A stretch of DNA of 64,000 nt from Lytechinus pictus (Eukaryota), in contig NC_087251.1 in assembly GCF_037042905.1 (NCBI RefSeq), forward strand, positions 310,001 to 374,000. Direction: 5' to 3'. Of this stretch, positions 50,260-63,671 are shown piece after piece. How positions within the stretch are numbered: the stretch's first letter is position 1; every line of letters begins with the position of its first letter. A program made the translations under genes and the position numbers. The notes below the pieces were generated by a model that saw only the letters and a program-made list of their open reading frames with translations, was not told the origin of the DNA and did no database searches.

Positions 50260-52000
50260 TATAATTTGCATGGTTTTTTGTTTGGTTTATTCGATACTCA
50301 CTGAAACTATAACTCTCATAAGACTTCTGTTGATGATGTTTATACTAATAATTTCCAATCGAGATTCTTTTATCACTGTCAATTATTGCTGTGTTCCTTT
50401 GTATTGTTCGTTACTCACCTATAAAATAATGAATGTGCTGTGCTCATCACGAGCGTGAGAAATATTTTTAGTCATTCATTATACTGTAATATTACGAATT
50501 TGTTTTTCTTAACTGCGATTTAAAATGTTTTGAAAGTATAGGTTAATTGACAGGAAATAAGATTTCTATTTTTACATAATATATTATGTAGGCCTACATA
50601 TACAGCGTGTGTGAAAGAGAGGAAGAGGGGTGGGGTTGTAGGATGGTCGAAGGGAGAGAGCGATAGGGGAGGGGTCGTGGCGTGGACAATAACAAGGGGA
50701 TGTTGAGATCGTGTGTGTGGGATTGGTGAAGAAGTCAATATTCAAAGCGAATACATTTTTATAGACGTGTCTATACTTCTACCGATGATGACGGCCGAAT
50801 AATCTTTCTTACATGTATATTTTGGTGAATTAAAAAATATTTTCTTGCGCAATGAGTGGGATGATCGAGGTACGTGATTCAATAAATTGCATCACAATAT
50901 CACTATAGGTGTAGTTTGAAAATCACGAACAGTTTATTAAAAATGAATAAAAGAGAAACATCTTCTTAATTTTAAAGCCCCCATCCAGCGTCAACACCAT
51001 GAAGAGTTTTTGAGGTCACGAAATCAGCTGATTCGCACTCAAACAACAGGTTAACAGGTCACACACGTGGGACACATTCCAAGGGCGGGAATTCGGGGAA
51101 ACCCGTTTTCAAGCACAGTGATTGGCTCAACCCAGAAAGTGAATACTAATTAGATCACGTGCCATCGGCTTTGGGGCGTCTCATTCACATTCCAACTCAT
51201 TTCATAAATATCATCCACTCGCAGTATAATTAGGCTAACGACGTTGCCAAGATATAACTCATATATTAAAAGCACAATTCCGATATAAAACAATAAAGAC
51301 ATAAGTGAACTTGAAAAATTCATCCAACGATATTCAAATTATACTAGCAACTTATTGTGGACGTGAAAAAATGATATACATATCCGATATCCTCTAAAAC
51401 GTTCACACATATCAACTTCAATAATTCGTACTTGAAACGAATATCTGTGAATGAATTGCCAATTCCACTTTGTTGAATGTGTACTTCTATCGATATCTAT
51501 TGAATCACGTACCTCTCCCGACCCAAGGTGGATTTTCCAATCGCCATAAAGATTATGCAGCCACAATCACAGTAGACACATCCATAAATGAATATTAATT
51601 TCGTTCGCTACGAACTTAATCCCCTCCCCACAAAGTCACAAACATCCCATCATTTTCATCTATATTGCCCACGGCCATCCCCCATTCTCTTTTTTCCTTT
51701 ACACAAATTAATTTCAAATGATATTTTGTTTTAAATCGTAGTTAAGCAATTGTACAACAAATTCATAAAGCATTCACTGTGATGACTAAAAACATTTCTC
51801 AGGCCCGCGACAGGTGCGCTCATTATTTAATTGGCAGGCAAAGAGTAATAAAGAACAATACAAATGAAAATACACTATACGTATAACTCACATTAAAAAA
51901 ATGAGTCGTAATGATAAAAAATGTGAATAATATTAATAAAGATTATTAATTATGAAAATTATAACAGATTCAATGAATATATGAAAAAAATCAAATTAAA
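50260..52000. mobile_element. Old large foldback element, unclassified
   Basis: GAGAAATATTTTTAGTCAT...CTTAACTGCGATTTAAAA (50457-50525) inverted vs TTTTAAATCGTAGTTAAG...ATGACTAAAAACATTTCTC (51729-51800). Confidence 0.55.
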
Positions 52001-53017
52001 TTAGTTTTGGATCCCATCTAATTTTGGAAGACTATCGGATCCCCGGATCAAGGATTTTGATGCCATGTGCGATTTGAGCGCGAGTGCAGTGGCACAGAAC
52101 TTGGTAGACACGCCGTCGCGAAATTAATCAACAGTTTCAAAAGATCGACGTAGAGATCAAGACTTTGGAAATAATGGAGTAAAATCGGAATTTAAATGTG
52201 AATAAATCATTTTGATGTAAGTAAATGAGTTGGACATTATATCAATCCATTCCATTGGCTTTGTCATTATTAATGTGATCTTTGAATAGTTTTTCTCAAT
52301 TCGCTCTACGGCAGTGTCATCAGAAATGCATTCAATGAATTCATGTAGATGTAGCTATAAAGGCTGGGGCCTGGGACGAGATGAAACTATATTTCGATCG
52401 AATTTTGATTTTGATTTTGATTTTGACACACTTTATTTTTGACATAATAAGTGACAATATCAAATGAAATTCGTAATAATCTAAATTACATTGCCCAAGC
52501 CAGTAACCCACGATACCCCTCTCCCCTCACTTGTTTTTGAGCGTATTTACTACCATTTTAAAGACGTAAATAATGTGAGCAATGCGATACGCAAATGCGA
52601 GGTAAACATCTTCGCGCTTCCCACAAAAGAGATTGGGCCTCGAGTCGAGGTCGTATCGTATATAGCGCACTAGTAGTAGTGAGTGAGTCAAATAAATCCC
52701 GGGAAGAAATCGAAATAATCGACAAGTTTATTTTAGGATCTGAAAAGCAGATTATTTTTTTATATATTATTCAGTTTTTGTGTAGATCTAGGCCTGTTTT
52801 ACAGTTGTCGGCCACGGTTGTCGGGGAAGTTCAGGGTTGGCGGATTTGCCCTGAAAATTTTCAGGCTTGGCGGCGCCCGCCAACCGTGACGCGTGGTAGC
52901 GAGAACGTTGACGGGACTAGCGTGATTTATGGTCTAAATATTTCTCCAAATGAATTGTGAAAACAGAAATTATCATCATGATCATGATGATGGAGATATA
53001 ACTGAGTGAGAACAAGG

Positions 53018-53160
53018 TTCTTCTTCTTCTTCTGGAAACAGTACAGTCCACCGTCTGGTGTATTGTCATTATATAACCTTGTTCCTTGAATGAGTGCCAG
53101 AGTCCAGGCTTGCTTGGCTTGCCTTGCCCTTGGCTTAGTCCTTCGACCCATTATTGGTAG
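53018..53160 (-). mobile_element. RTE-like LINE 3' tip
   Basis: GRRTKPRARQAKQAW-type C-terminal motif followed by a (GAA)n tail on the minus strand. Confidence 0.45.
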
Positions 53161-54775
53161 TGGTATACCCAGTTGTTGTGTGTCCGGACAGGTTGTGTGT
53201 CCGGACGATCAATTTTAGAATTAGAAAGTCATTTGGAAAAAATTACAAGCGAAGTTTCATCAAATTTTAGTACAAAATTTTAGAAAATATTATAGAGAAC
53301 AAAATAGAAGATGATTACAACTATTGAATTCATATTTTTAGTGTAATCTTAAGACAAAAAAGAAGGCTTCAAAAATATAAAGTGTCCGGACACCCGATCC
53401 CCCATCCTGCATGGCTACCAGGTACATGTATGAATTTACAAACCATGCATGCAAACGGCGCCTCATAAATGACTGTGTTACTGTTAGTGTTACTTTGTTA
53501 GTGTTAATACTAGATTTCTACAATAAAATTACCAATAACAGTTAGGTCAACTCACTCAGTCTAACGTTGCCCTAACGTTATGCGATGTCCCAGCTCTACT
53601 AACGTTATACAGAATAAAACGATTTTCACTAAGAAGATCACGACGCCAGATCCCAGTCGAGTCTTAGAAAGTCGACCGACATTAACGTTAGACAGTCTTA
53701 ATCAACAAACGTAGAGGGCAGCAACACACGGCAGTGTTGCTTTTATTTTAGGAAGGTCCACTTCGCTCAGATTTTGTGACCATTTTCTCCCAGAGCACTT
53801 TTTTGAAAGATTGTAGAGTGGATTTTTTTTTCGTTTGTTAAATGTTTCTTTTTTTTATTGATAATGAAACCTCCAAGAAAATATGTTTAATAATATTATT
53901 TTAGCATATTTGTATTTTTTTTTAATTGTAAAACAAAAGGTAATCATGATTCTTGTAGTTTACATAGCAATAAAAATACCTCAGGACCAAAATCCAATTG
54001 AAACCAGTTGGATTTCCAACTGGTTTCAATTGGTATTAACTGGTTTTCAATTGGTTTTAACTGGAATATAACAATTTCCAGTTGAAACCAATTGAAACCA
54101 GTTGGGCAACTGGAAATCCTAACTGGAACCTGTTGGGCAACTGGAAATCCTAACTGGAACCAGTTGGGTAACTGGAAATGAGTTCCAACTGGAAATAGTT
54201 TCTAACTGGAACCAGTTGGGTAACTGGAAATCCTAACTGGAACCAGTTGGGTAACTGGAAATCCTAACTGGAGCCAGTTGGGTATACTGGAAATCCTAAC
54301 TGGAACCAGTTGGGTAACTGGAAATGACTTCCAACTGGAAATAATTTCTATAACTGGAACCAGTTGGGTATAACTGGAAATCCTAACTGGAACCAGTTGG
54401 GTATACTGGAAATCCTAATTGGAGCCAGTTGGGTATACTGGAAATCCTAACTGGATCCAGTTGAGTAACTGGAAATGACTTCCAATTGGTTTCCAATTGG
54501 GCGTTGTGGCGTGCGCCTGTAATCCAAGTAACTGGATCCAGTTGAGTAACTGGAAATGACTTCCAACTGGAAATAATTTCTAACTGGAACCAGTTGGGTA
54601 ACTGGAAATCCTAACTGGAACCAGTTGGTATAACTGGAAATCCTAACTGGATCCAGTTGAGTAACTGGAAATGACTTCCAATTGGTTTCCAATTGGGCGT
54701 TGTGGCGTGCGCCTGTAATCCAAGTAACTGGATCCAGTTGAGTAACTGGAAATGACTTCCAATTGGTTTCCAATT

Positions 54776-54952
54776 GGGCGTTGTGGCGTGCGCCTCTAAT
54801 CCAAGCTGTGGGGAAATTACAAATTGATGCAGAGGTTCGAGGTTCGAGCCCTGGTCACATCTTTCGGATGGTGACATTAAAGGTCGGTCCAGGCGTAAAT
54901 AATCATATCTGATTGATACACGTCTGACAAAACTCAAATACACACACACACA
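54776..54952 (+). mobile_element. SINE-like element with 7SL-like head, B box, Nin/Deu-like segment and (CA)n tail
   Basis: GGGCGTTGTGGCGTGCGCCT(G/C)TAATCCAAGCT; GGTTCGAGCCC at 54841-54851; TCTTTCGGATGGTGACATTAAAGGTCGGTCC; (CA)6 tail; possible TSD ATTGG. Confidence 0.7.
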
Positions 54953-57900
54953 TTGGAAAATTTCCAGTTACCCAACTGGTTCCAATTGAAACCAGTTAAT
55001 TTGCATATTATCTGCCAGTGTGCACAGATTAATGTTTTATGTGATTCATCATCATTTACAATGTATCTATTTAATTATTTTCCATTTCAAGTACCACACT
55101 TGTTTCAGATAAGTGTTTAGAATGCTTAGCAGTGAAAACCATGTTCATAAATGTTTTAGATTATAATTAAAACAGATTATAAGATAATTAGTACACCACT
55201 AACTGGTATAATAATAAATACATTATATTTGAAGATCTTTCACATAAATATATACATATGAAAGTCTATTTTATCAATGGCCTTTTCATTGGTATAAATA
55301 GAAATATTGCACTGCTTCTGTGTTGGCATGAGCAATATAGTGCAAATGCTAATTAATTTGTAACTAATAACGTTCATTCCAACTGGAAGTTCCAATTGGA
55401 AACCAGTTGGAAACCAATTAGTTTCAACTAGTTCCAGTTGAAAGCTGTTGCCTCCAATTGGTTTCAACTGGAACCAATTGAAACCAGTTGCCTCCAATTG
55501 GATTCAACTGGTTTTAATAGGGAAATTGGAACAACTGGAACCAATTGAAACCAGTTGCCTAATTGGTTTCAACTGGAACCAGTTGAAACCGATTGCCAAC
55601 TGGTTCCAGTTGCCCAATTGGTTTTAACTGGAACCAATTGGCAACTGGTTCCAGTTGCCCAATTGGTTTCAATTGGAACCAGTTGTTCCAATTTCCCTAT
55701 TGAAACCAGTTGGCCAACTGGTTTCAATTGGTTTTGCTCTAATTGGATAAAGAATGGTTTTGTTAAACCTGTTTTTACCATCTTTCTGTGAATCTTTATT
55801 TGACGACTACAATAATACTATTGTAAACTGTGAGAAAGAAATTCAAGTACCCGAAAACATTCCAGAGCCAAATTTACAACAAAAAAACTCGAAGGATTCA
55901 AGTTTACTTTATCAAGATTTTGAAAACATATTTGCTGTAAAAGGTCTTTACTTTGTACATCTAATTGTTAGATCTATTCTACCAAAAATTTAAGAACTTC
56001 GAATTTTATTTAAGAGAAAGAAGCTTGCAGTCATTGCTTTCACAGAAACATGGCTAAATGACTCGGTAAATGATGAAGAAATTAATATAGATGGATACAA
56101 AGTAATACGCAATGATAGATTATCAGGCTCTGGGGGTGGTGTATGTTTTTATGTCAGAAATGATATTGCATTCAATATCATAGATGTTTTAAGTACAGGT
56201 GATTCTGAATCACTGTGGATTAATTTGCTTCTACCAAGATCAAAACCAATTATTGCTGGTGTCATTTATAGGCCTCCATAAAGCAATCAATTTATTGAGA
56301 AGATGTCAAGTATTCTCGATACATTAAAGAAAGATGATGAAATTATACTTTTAGGTGATATGAATGTTTGTCTTTTTCAGAAATCTCCACTGGCTAAAAA
56401 TATACTGATCTATTGAGTCTTCATGGATTTAGCCAACTGATCAAAGATGCAACCCGTGTCACATACACATGTTCTTCTTTATTGGACCATGTTATTTGTA
56501 ATAACGAACAAAAAATAAGTCAAAGTGGTGTTATTGATCTTGGTATAAGTGACCATTCTTTTACTTTCTGGACACGAAAGAAAGTTAGGCTGGCTATAGG
56601 TGTTCACAGAAAAACTGATATTAGATCGTTAAAAAAATATAGCGAAGAATCTTTCAATCTTAAACTGTCTGCCGTTGATTGGTCAGAATTAACCCAATGC
56701 ACTGACGTAAATAAGGCTTGGTCAGTTTTTCAAAATACTTTTATTTCAACGTTGAATATGATAGCGCCTCAAAAACGGATTAGAATTAAAAAGAGATCAG
56801 AAAACTGGATGACTAAAGATATTATTTCTCTTATTTGAGAAAGAAATGTGGCGTATAAAAAAATGAAGAAAAATCTAAGCGATGAGGATTATGACACGCT
56901 TTCCAAAAGATACAAGAAATTAAGAAATATGGTTCAAAGAGAGGTGAAAAAGGCCAAATTAGAATACCTACAAAATAAAATAGAAGAAAATAAAAATGAT
57001 TCTAAAAGACTTTGGCAGAATATAAAAAGTTTGGGATTAAAAAAGAAAAATGGAAAGGACCAAGAATTAGTCGTTTCAATTGACGGAGAATTATGTCATG
57101 ATAAGATAACTATTTCCAATGAATTCAATTCCTATTTTACAAATGTCGCAGCTACGTTGGTAGATAAACTTCCATCTTGCAAAGACATTTTCAGTGCAGA
57201 CAGTGAGAACATTCGTGAATTTTAAGGAAAAAAGGGTATAAGCCAAGATAAATTTGAATTATTACCTGTTAGTGATCAATTAATTTTTAATGAGTTGCGT
57301 AAATTAAATGTATCAAAAAGCACTGGGTTAGATTTGATCCCTGCTAAATTTCTAAAAGAAGGAGCAAAGAGTTTGTACAAACCATTAAATTGTTTGATAA
57401 ATCTATCTATCTTTACTAGCACTTTCCCAGAGGATATGAAAATTGCAAAAGTAACTCCTATTCATAAGAAGAAAGATAAAACTGCTGTTGAAAACTATAG
57501 ACCTATCAGTGTTTTAAGCATAGTATCAAAAATTCTAGAAAAGGCGGTATGTGTTCAGATCGAAAAATATTTTAAAGAAAATGATATGATTTACGAATAT
57601 CAGTCTGGTTTTCGACATGACTATTCGACTGAGACATGCCTTATTCACTTGACTGATTATCTGAGAACTAATATTTCTAAGGGACAATTTGTTGGGATGG
57701 TACTCCTAGATCTTCAAAAAGCATTTGATACAGTTAATCATGGCATCTTATTGAAAAAATTACAAATAATGGGTTTTATATTAACCAGGCTACTGTAGCA
57801 TGGTTTTAAATCCTACTTGTCGAGTCGACATCAAGTAGTGGCTATTCGCGATATTCGTTCCAAAATTATGCCTATAACGTGTGGAGTTCCACAGGGAAGT

Positions 57901-58499
57901 ATTTTAGGCCCAATTCTATTTTCAACTTATATCAATGACATGTCTATTTGTATAAAAGCTGACTGTAAATTATTATTGTATGCAGATGATAGCGTACTAC
58001 TTTGTTCAAATTCCAACCCAAAATCTGTTGAGGAAACACTTAGCGAACAGCTGTCTACATGTGTCGATTGGATGACTGATAATAGATTATCGTTACACTT
58101 AGGCAAAACCGAGAGCATTCTGTTTTGTTCTAAAAGTAATTATAAAACTTCATTTGAATTTGAAGTATCATACAATAATAAGACAATTCAGAGGAAAGAA
58201 TCTGTAAAGTATTTAGGCATTGAATTGACTAGATCCCTTTCATTTTCATCTTTAGTAGAATCAATCGTGAAAAAGGCGAATGCCCGTTTGAAATTTCTGT
58301 ACAGGTATCAAAGTTGTATGGATCAAAAAGCAAGGCGTATTCTCTGTTTTGCTCTTATTCAGAGTTTATTTGACTATGCTAACCCTGCTTGGTTTAGTGG
58401 AATAAGCGAACTCGATAAAAAAGAAGTTGAAAACTAGATTTCAATTCATCATGCGGACGAATTAGGTGGTCTGTCAGACAAATACTAGTTGATAAACAT

Positions 58500-59620
58500 A
58501 CATAATTATTTAACAAATGAGTATATATAAGATTGAAAGATAAATAGACAGATAGACATACATATTTAAACAGATACACATAAAAAAGATAGATAAACAT
58601 ACATAATAATTGAAACACATAAATATATATTAAAGTGAAAGATAAATGGATCGATAGACAGACAAATTCAAACAGATAGATATACGATAGATAGATAGAA
58701 CATAGCTAGAAGAAAATAGATAGATAGAGAGACAGACATACAGATAGAGAGATAGAAAGAAAGATAGATAGTTAGATAAATATATCATGTAGGTAGATAG
58801 ATAGATAGATATAGATAGACAGATAGATAGACAGACAGATATATAGATAGATAGAGAGAGAAAGAAAGAGCGAGAGACAGACAAATAGATTGAAATAGAA
58901 AGATAGACAAATTCAAACAGATAGATATACGATAGATAGATTTATTTTTATTTATTTATTTATTCTCGAATATTTATACAGAGTGGCCTGATCAGCATTA
59001 AAAAACATACGAAAAACATAGTAACAGGTCATTATGAGATACATAAAAAAGGAACAAATAAATACAAAGTAAAATACGAAAATATATTACGAGTTACAGA
59101 TGGCAAGATTATAAATACGCAAGATATTAACATTAAAAGCTGGTCTACCTCAGGGCCCTGTGATAGATAGAACATAGCTAGATAGAAAATAGATAGATAG
59201 AGAGACAGACATACAGATAGAGAGATAGAAAGAAAGATAGATAGTTAGATAAATATATCATGTAGGTAGATAGATAGAAAGATAGATAGATAACCAGACA
59301 GACATACATATAGATAGATAGATAGATGGATAGATAGATAGATATATAGATAGACATATTTAAACAGATAGATATATATATTAGACAGAGAGAGAGAGAG
59401 AGAGAGATCGATAGATAGACAGATAGATATACTGTAGGTCTACAATATATAGACAGACAGACATATGGATAGATAGATAGAGTGTGAGAGAGAGAGAGAG
59501 ACATATTCAAACAGATAGATATATATTAGATAGAGAGATAGATAGATATGTCATGTAGGTAGATAGATAGACAGACAGATAGATAGATAGATAGATTTTA
59601 ACATAGACAGCGGATATGAT
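58500..59620. repeat. Degenerate (GATA/GACA)n microsatellite with ~110-bp internal duplication
   Basis: 58690-58800 is repeated at 59162-59275; a (TTTA)n-headed insert lies at ~58940-59160. Confidence 0.9.
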
Positions 59621-59706
59621 TAGATTTAAAAACAGTAATTATAATCTGTTTTATTTTGCAATATTTTAACTATTATTAATTAGAATTCTTATAATTGATC
59701 GTGCGC

Positions 59707-59741
<35 letters not shown>

Positions 59742-59742
<1 letters not shown>

Positions 59743-59817
59743 GTTCACCCGCGGACTCGAACCCCTGCCCGCATGATTGAAAGAGATGCAAGTCTGACGC
59801 CTAACCGATTGAGCTAG
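59742..59817 (-). ncRNA. tRNA-derived Pol III cassette (not a canonical tRNA)
   Basis: A box TAGCTCAATCGG and B box GGTTCGAGTCC, followed on the minus strand by a T28 run. Confidence 0.55.
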
Positions 59818-62800
59818 AATATTTCCCATAGACTTTACACGTAAGCAAAATAAGAGAATCTCAAATCCAATTTTGCAAGTGAAATACGGGCATGATCCCG
59901 GCATCTGATCTGAAAATGAAGGCAACACTCCCGAAAGCTTAGAATCTCAGCTACAACATACTAAAAGCTCAGGGATAATTGACAAGAAAAAATGGAGATA
60001 TAGCTCACGAAATAGAGGAATGTAGAATCTAGTTTTGACAAAAAGTCATGTCCCATAGAGATTACACGCAAAATGAGTAAAAATGACATGTCATTATTAT
60101 TTGCAATTTTTGAGGATGATCCATTTTTTAAAATGAAAAATAAAGGCAATAATTCAGAAAGAGTAAGACCTATGCTACAACATATCAAAAATTGGGCGAA
60201 ATTTGATCAATATTCACGGAGTGAGAGCCAAATTTGCATAATTATAATGACGTCATAACACGCAAAATTGATATTTTGACTTCCGACGCCATTTTGATGA
60301 CGTCATAATATACGTTAGGGTCAAATGAGACATGAAATCATATGTATGATTCATATTTTATCGAAATATGAAAAAAAAATCCGTTCGTTCTGAAGAGCTA
60401 CAGTGAACTTTTAATAGGCATGTTAATTTTGCCCATATAGAGCCTATGGAAAGAGCTCGCGCGCACGCGTGCTGCAAACTTTAATGGGTGCTCATTCCCT
60501 CATTAATGATCGTAGAGAGTTGATCGAGGTATCAATTTGATCAGAATTATATCAATAATAGATACGCATGAAAAAAAACAGCAAATATATGCTGCGTAAC
60601 GCCGTTACGCACGGAAACGTGCGCGCATACGTGTGCGCGCGCAAAATCTTGAAATGCTTAAAATGACCTGAATCGTACCCAAAAAAATTTATAGGCCATT
60701 TGGAGAATTTTTTTTGCTTTGACGCACGCGTACGCGCGCCTCATGACCTTTACATGACCTTTGATGACATTGACAGACGACCTTTGACCTAAAGTTTATT
60801 TGATGTGAATATGATTGACTATCAATTATCCGTTATGTAGATATGATCAAATTAAGAATTTTACAAAATGGCGTGTAGATGACGTCATCATGACCAGGTA
60901 ACCTTGTAAAGCTACGTATGCCGTCTCTATGATGGACTCTATACATGACAAAAAATTCAGCAAAATTGATCCAGCCTATTCGGAGAAAACTTGGCGACAA
61001 ACATAGGTGCGAAAAATAAATAAATAAAGAAAGAAAGAAAATTCTGACGAAATTAAGAGGTGATCTGTCATAGACAGACCACCTAATTATACAGAATAAA
61101 ATGGTTAGATTAATTAACTGTTCTGGTCCCAGAACCCATGTTGGTTACACCGAACTCTCTGGAGCAGGTTTTCTTGAAGTCAACAAAAGATCAAAACAGC
61201 TTATTTTGCACCATGTGCATAAAATCTATCACAATAGATCGAATCATTACATTGGATCAAACTTTAACTTAGTTACCGAATTACATAACTATAATACAAA
61301 AAACAGCCATTTAAACTTTTGCTTACCAGAAAGGGTAGGTAGTATTGGTAACTCCTTTCATTACAATGCTATTGGAATTTCCTTCCCAATGATATAAAGG
61401 AAATAGGAAACTTTTTGCATTTTAAGAGGAAATTGAAAGAATATCTTTCACTTGAGAGTCAAAGAGAAGATGCAAATGATATGTTATACGGTTGATTTAG
61501 CCTGAATACTGACCACGTTCTTTTCTCTTCTCTACCAGGTATTATTATTTATTTTACATAGTTTGATTGAAGCTTCGATATGTCCTTTCTTCTATTCTTT
61601 CTATTTCTTTGATCTCTTCCTTCTATTCTCCTCTTCGTGTTGTTATTGTTGTCGCCGTTTTTGCTGTTGTTCTTCTCATTATTTTTCTTCCTCCTCCTTT
61701 TCTTCCGTCTCCTTCTCCTCCTCCTCCCCTTTCTTCTTCTATTCCTCCTCCTTCTTCTCCTTCTTTTCTTCTTCTTCTTCGTTATATTCTTGTATATATT
61801 ATCTATATATCTTATTTATTGGTAATAGTAAATTCTGATTTTTTTTTCTTCACTTTTTTAATATGTAAATAGTATAATTTTACCATTTTATTATCTTAAT
61901 TCTGTATGTCGAGGACCCCACTGGAAATAAGCTTTCGAGCTTTCGTGGGTCATCCTGTGCAAGCCTGTTGTTTTAATGCTACTGTATATATGTTATGGTG
62001 ACTTGCCAAATAAAATCAATCAATCAACTGGATTTTGGTCCTGGGACATAGACTGATGACATTTGTGTTACCGTTCTTCTGCTTAATTTCGCTGCCCCTA
62101 CCAAATCTACAAAGGTAACGCCAGAGCCAAGACCGTGATGTTCTGGTCTAGCCGCGCCGAAACTTCGCCGGTCACCTGTACCTCGGTGCGCGTACTGCGC
62201 TGCGTGAATGATAATGCTGACTGCACTGCACTGGCATGATAATCTCGACGCGACTCGACTTAGCTATATAGATATGGACTTAAAAGATATAGACTTGGTC
62301 TGTCATTGATGTGGCACTATGGCGGATGAGCAACGATAAATATTCAAGGTTAGAATTTTAATTTTCACTTACAGTGTAGATTGTAGTCTGAAAATCTAAA
62401 ATAATTATGCTATATCCACAAATCCAACCCACATTTTGCAATCCATCAGGCAGGATCGAATACGCCACTATAAACAAAACAGCAAAGCCAAGTCCCAGTC
62501 TATAAACGTTAGACAGAAATTATCTGGTTCAGTATCGAGCTATGTATATTCCGACGGGTCTTGACTTGAGACGAATTATCAAGGGGCGAAGGTCTATGTC
62601 ACATCTACCATTTTCATTCCATAATTTTACAAAAATTTGTGTTAGCATATGCATGCAGCCCACCGTACCCTACCTCAGCACCGACCGGCCCGGGGCGCCG
62701 GGGCGGCCATGGCGCTTGTATACTCAAGAGGCGGTGCTGGATTGTGTAGGCGCATTATGGTGCAGCGAAATTTAGATGAAGACGTATCAACCTCACGTAT

Positions 62801-63671
62801 ACTTGTTACCATATTGATATGCTAAGTCATAAAACTGTTGTCACTACCATGTAATATTTTATGAAAAATACAGGAATAAGTATTTCATATTTTAAGCATG
62901 ATATTTGATGTAAAAACATTTCAAGCAAAAATAATGATAAAGAGGAAATGAAAATAAATCAACTCTACAATCTACTAAAAAAGTGCTCTGAGAGGTTTTC
63001 GGTGGTCACAAAACATAGAGATATATATATACTAATAAGTAATTAGCAATCCAATTGTTTCAGTTCTTGGTAGACAAATTATGAATAAACCTAATTTCAT
63101 ATAATAAAATACAAATGAACAAGTCATGCAAGTGGGGATATGACATCATCAGCCCGCGAACCTAATGAATATTCATAAAGACATGCCTAGAACTGTTTCG
63201 CCGGAATGATGCAAATTTTTAAAATTCAATAACTTTGTTATTTGTTATCCGATTTTGATCAAATTTGCAGCATTTTGCTTTGTGAATTTTACTCTATTTA
63301 TTGAGATATAAATATCTCCAGCATGGACCATCCCTTTAATTAGTCAAGAGTAGATCGACAAATTTGAGCGCGGGAGCGAGGATGGATCAAGGGGGAAAGG
63401 CGAGATGGGATAGAAGGGGAGAGATTGCAAGAGGGAGGTTGAGAGAAACATATGAGTGCAAGAGAGAGAGAGAGTGAAACTAGATGGAGAGGAGGGGGGT
63501 GGCGAGGACATTATGCGAGTCCATTCAGTCATGTTTCAGAAAGAAACAGAGGGGGAGAGAGAGGTTGCATGAAAGTGGGGGGAGCACAAAAGGTGGTTTC
63601 AAACCGCCTCGATCACAAGAATCCCCGTTAAATTACGAGAACTTTTTTAGGCTGAAAAATACCCATTAATT

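Larger units (their letters stand above)
58432..61088. mobile_element. HINE/Helentron-type non-autonomous element inside the LINE
   Basis: Subterminal IR ATTAGGTGGTCTGTC (58461-58475) / GACAGACCACCTAAT (61073-61087); terminal hairpin AGGTGATCTGTC-ATA-GACAGACCACCT; adjacent (AAAT)(AAGA) microsatellite; no TSD. Confidence 0.8.
55740..62027 (+). mobile_element. CR1/L2-group LINE (Crack/Daphne-like) with near-complete ORF2 pseudogene
   Basis: APE motifs (TETWL, DR..GGGV, YRPP, LGDMN, LLDH, SDH) and RT motifs (YRPISVL, DLQKAFD, GVPQGSILGP, YADD); several stops and frameshifts; resumes at 61089 (QNKMVR); 3' stem GACCC...GGGTC and AATAAA(ATCA)n tail. Confidence 0.93.
53980..62045. mobile_element. 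EnSpm/CMC-like non-autonomous element made of AACTGG/CCAGTT repeats
   Basis: C(T/C)CAGGACCAAAATCCA / TGGATTTTGGTCCTGGG termini; 2-bp TSD AC supported by the empty site at ~30685. Confidence 0.78.
53712..63015. mobile_element. Outer host element of the large nest (same family as 30418-31230)
   Basis: Left part 53712-53979, resumes at 62046; subterminal inverted match TTTTGTGACC...CAGAGCACTTTTT vs AAAAAGTGCTCTG...GGTCACAAAA. Confidence 0.7.

Noticed and set aside
54776..54810. Human Alu contamination
   Set aside because: Only ~32 nt are 7SL-like, they differ from the Alu consensus (GCGTGC, CCAAG), and they are integrated and tandemly duplicated within native repeats.
54447..55791. Repetitive W/Q/P-rich ORFs
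   Set aside because: Translations of the AACTGG/CCAGTT repeats of the EnSpm-like element.
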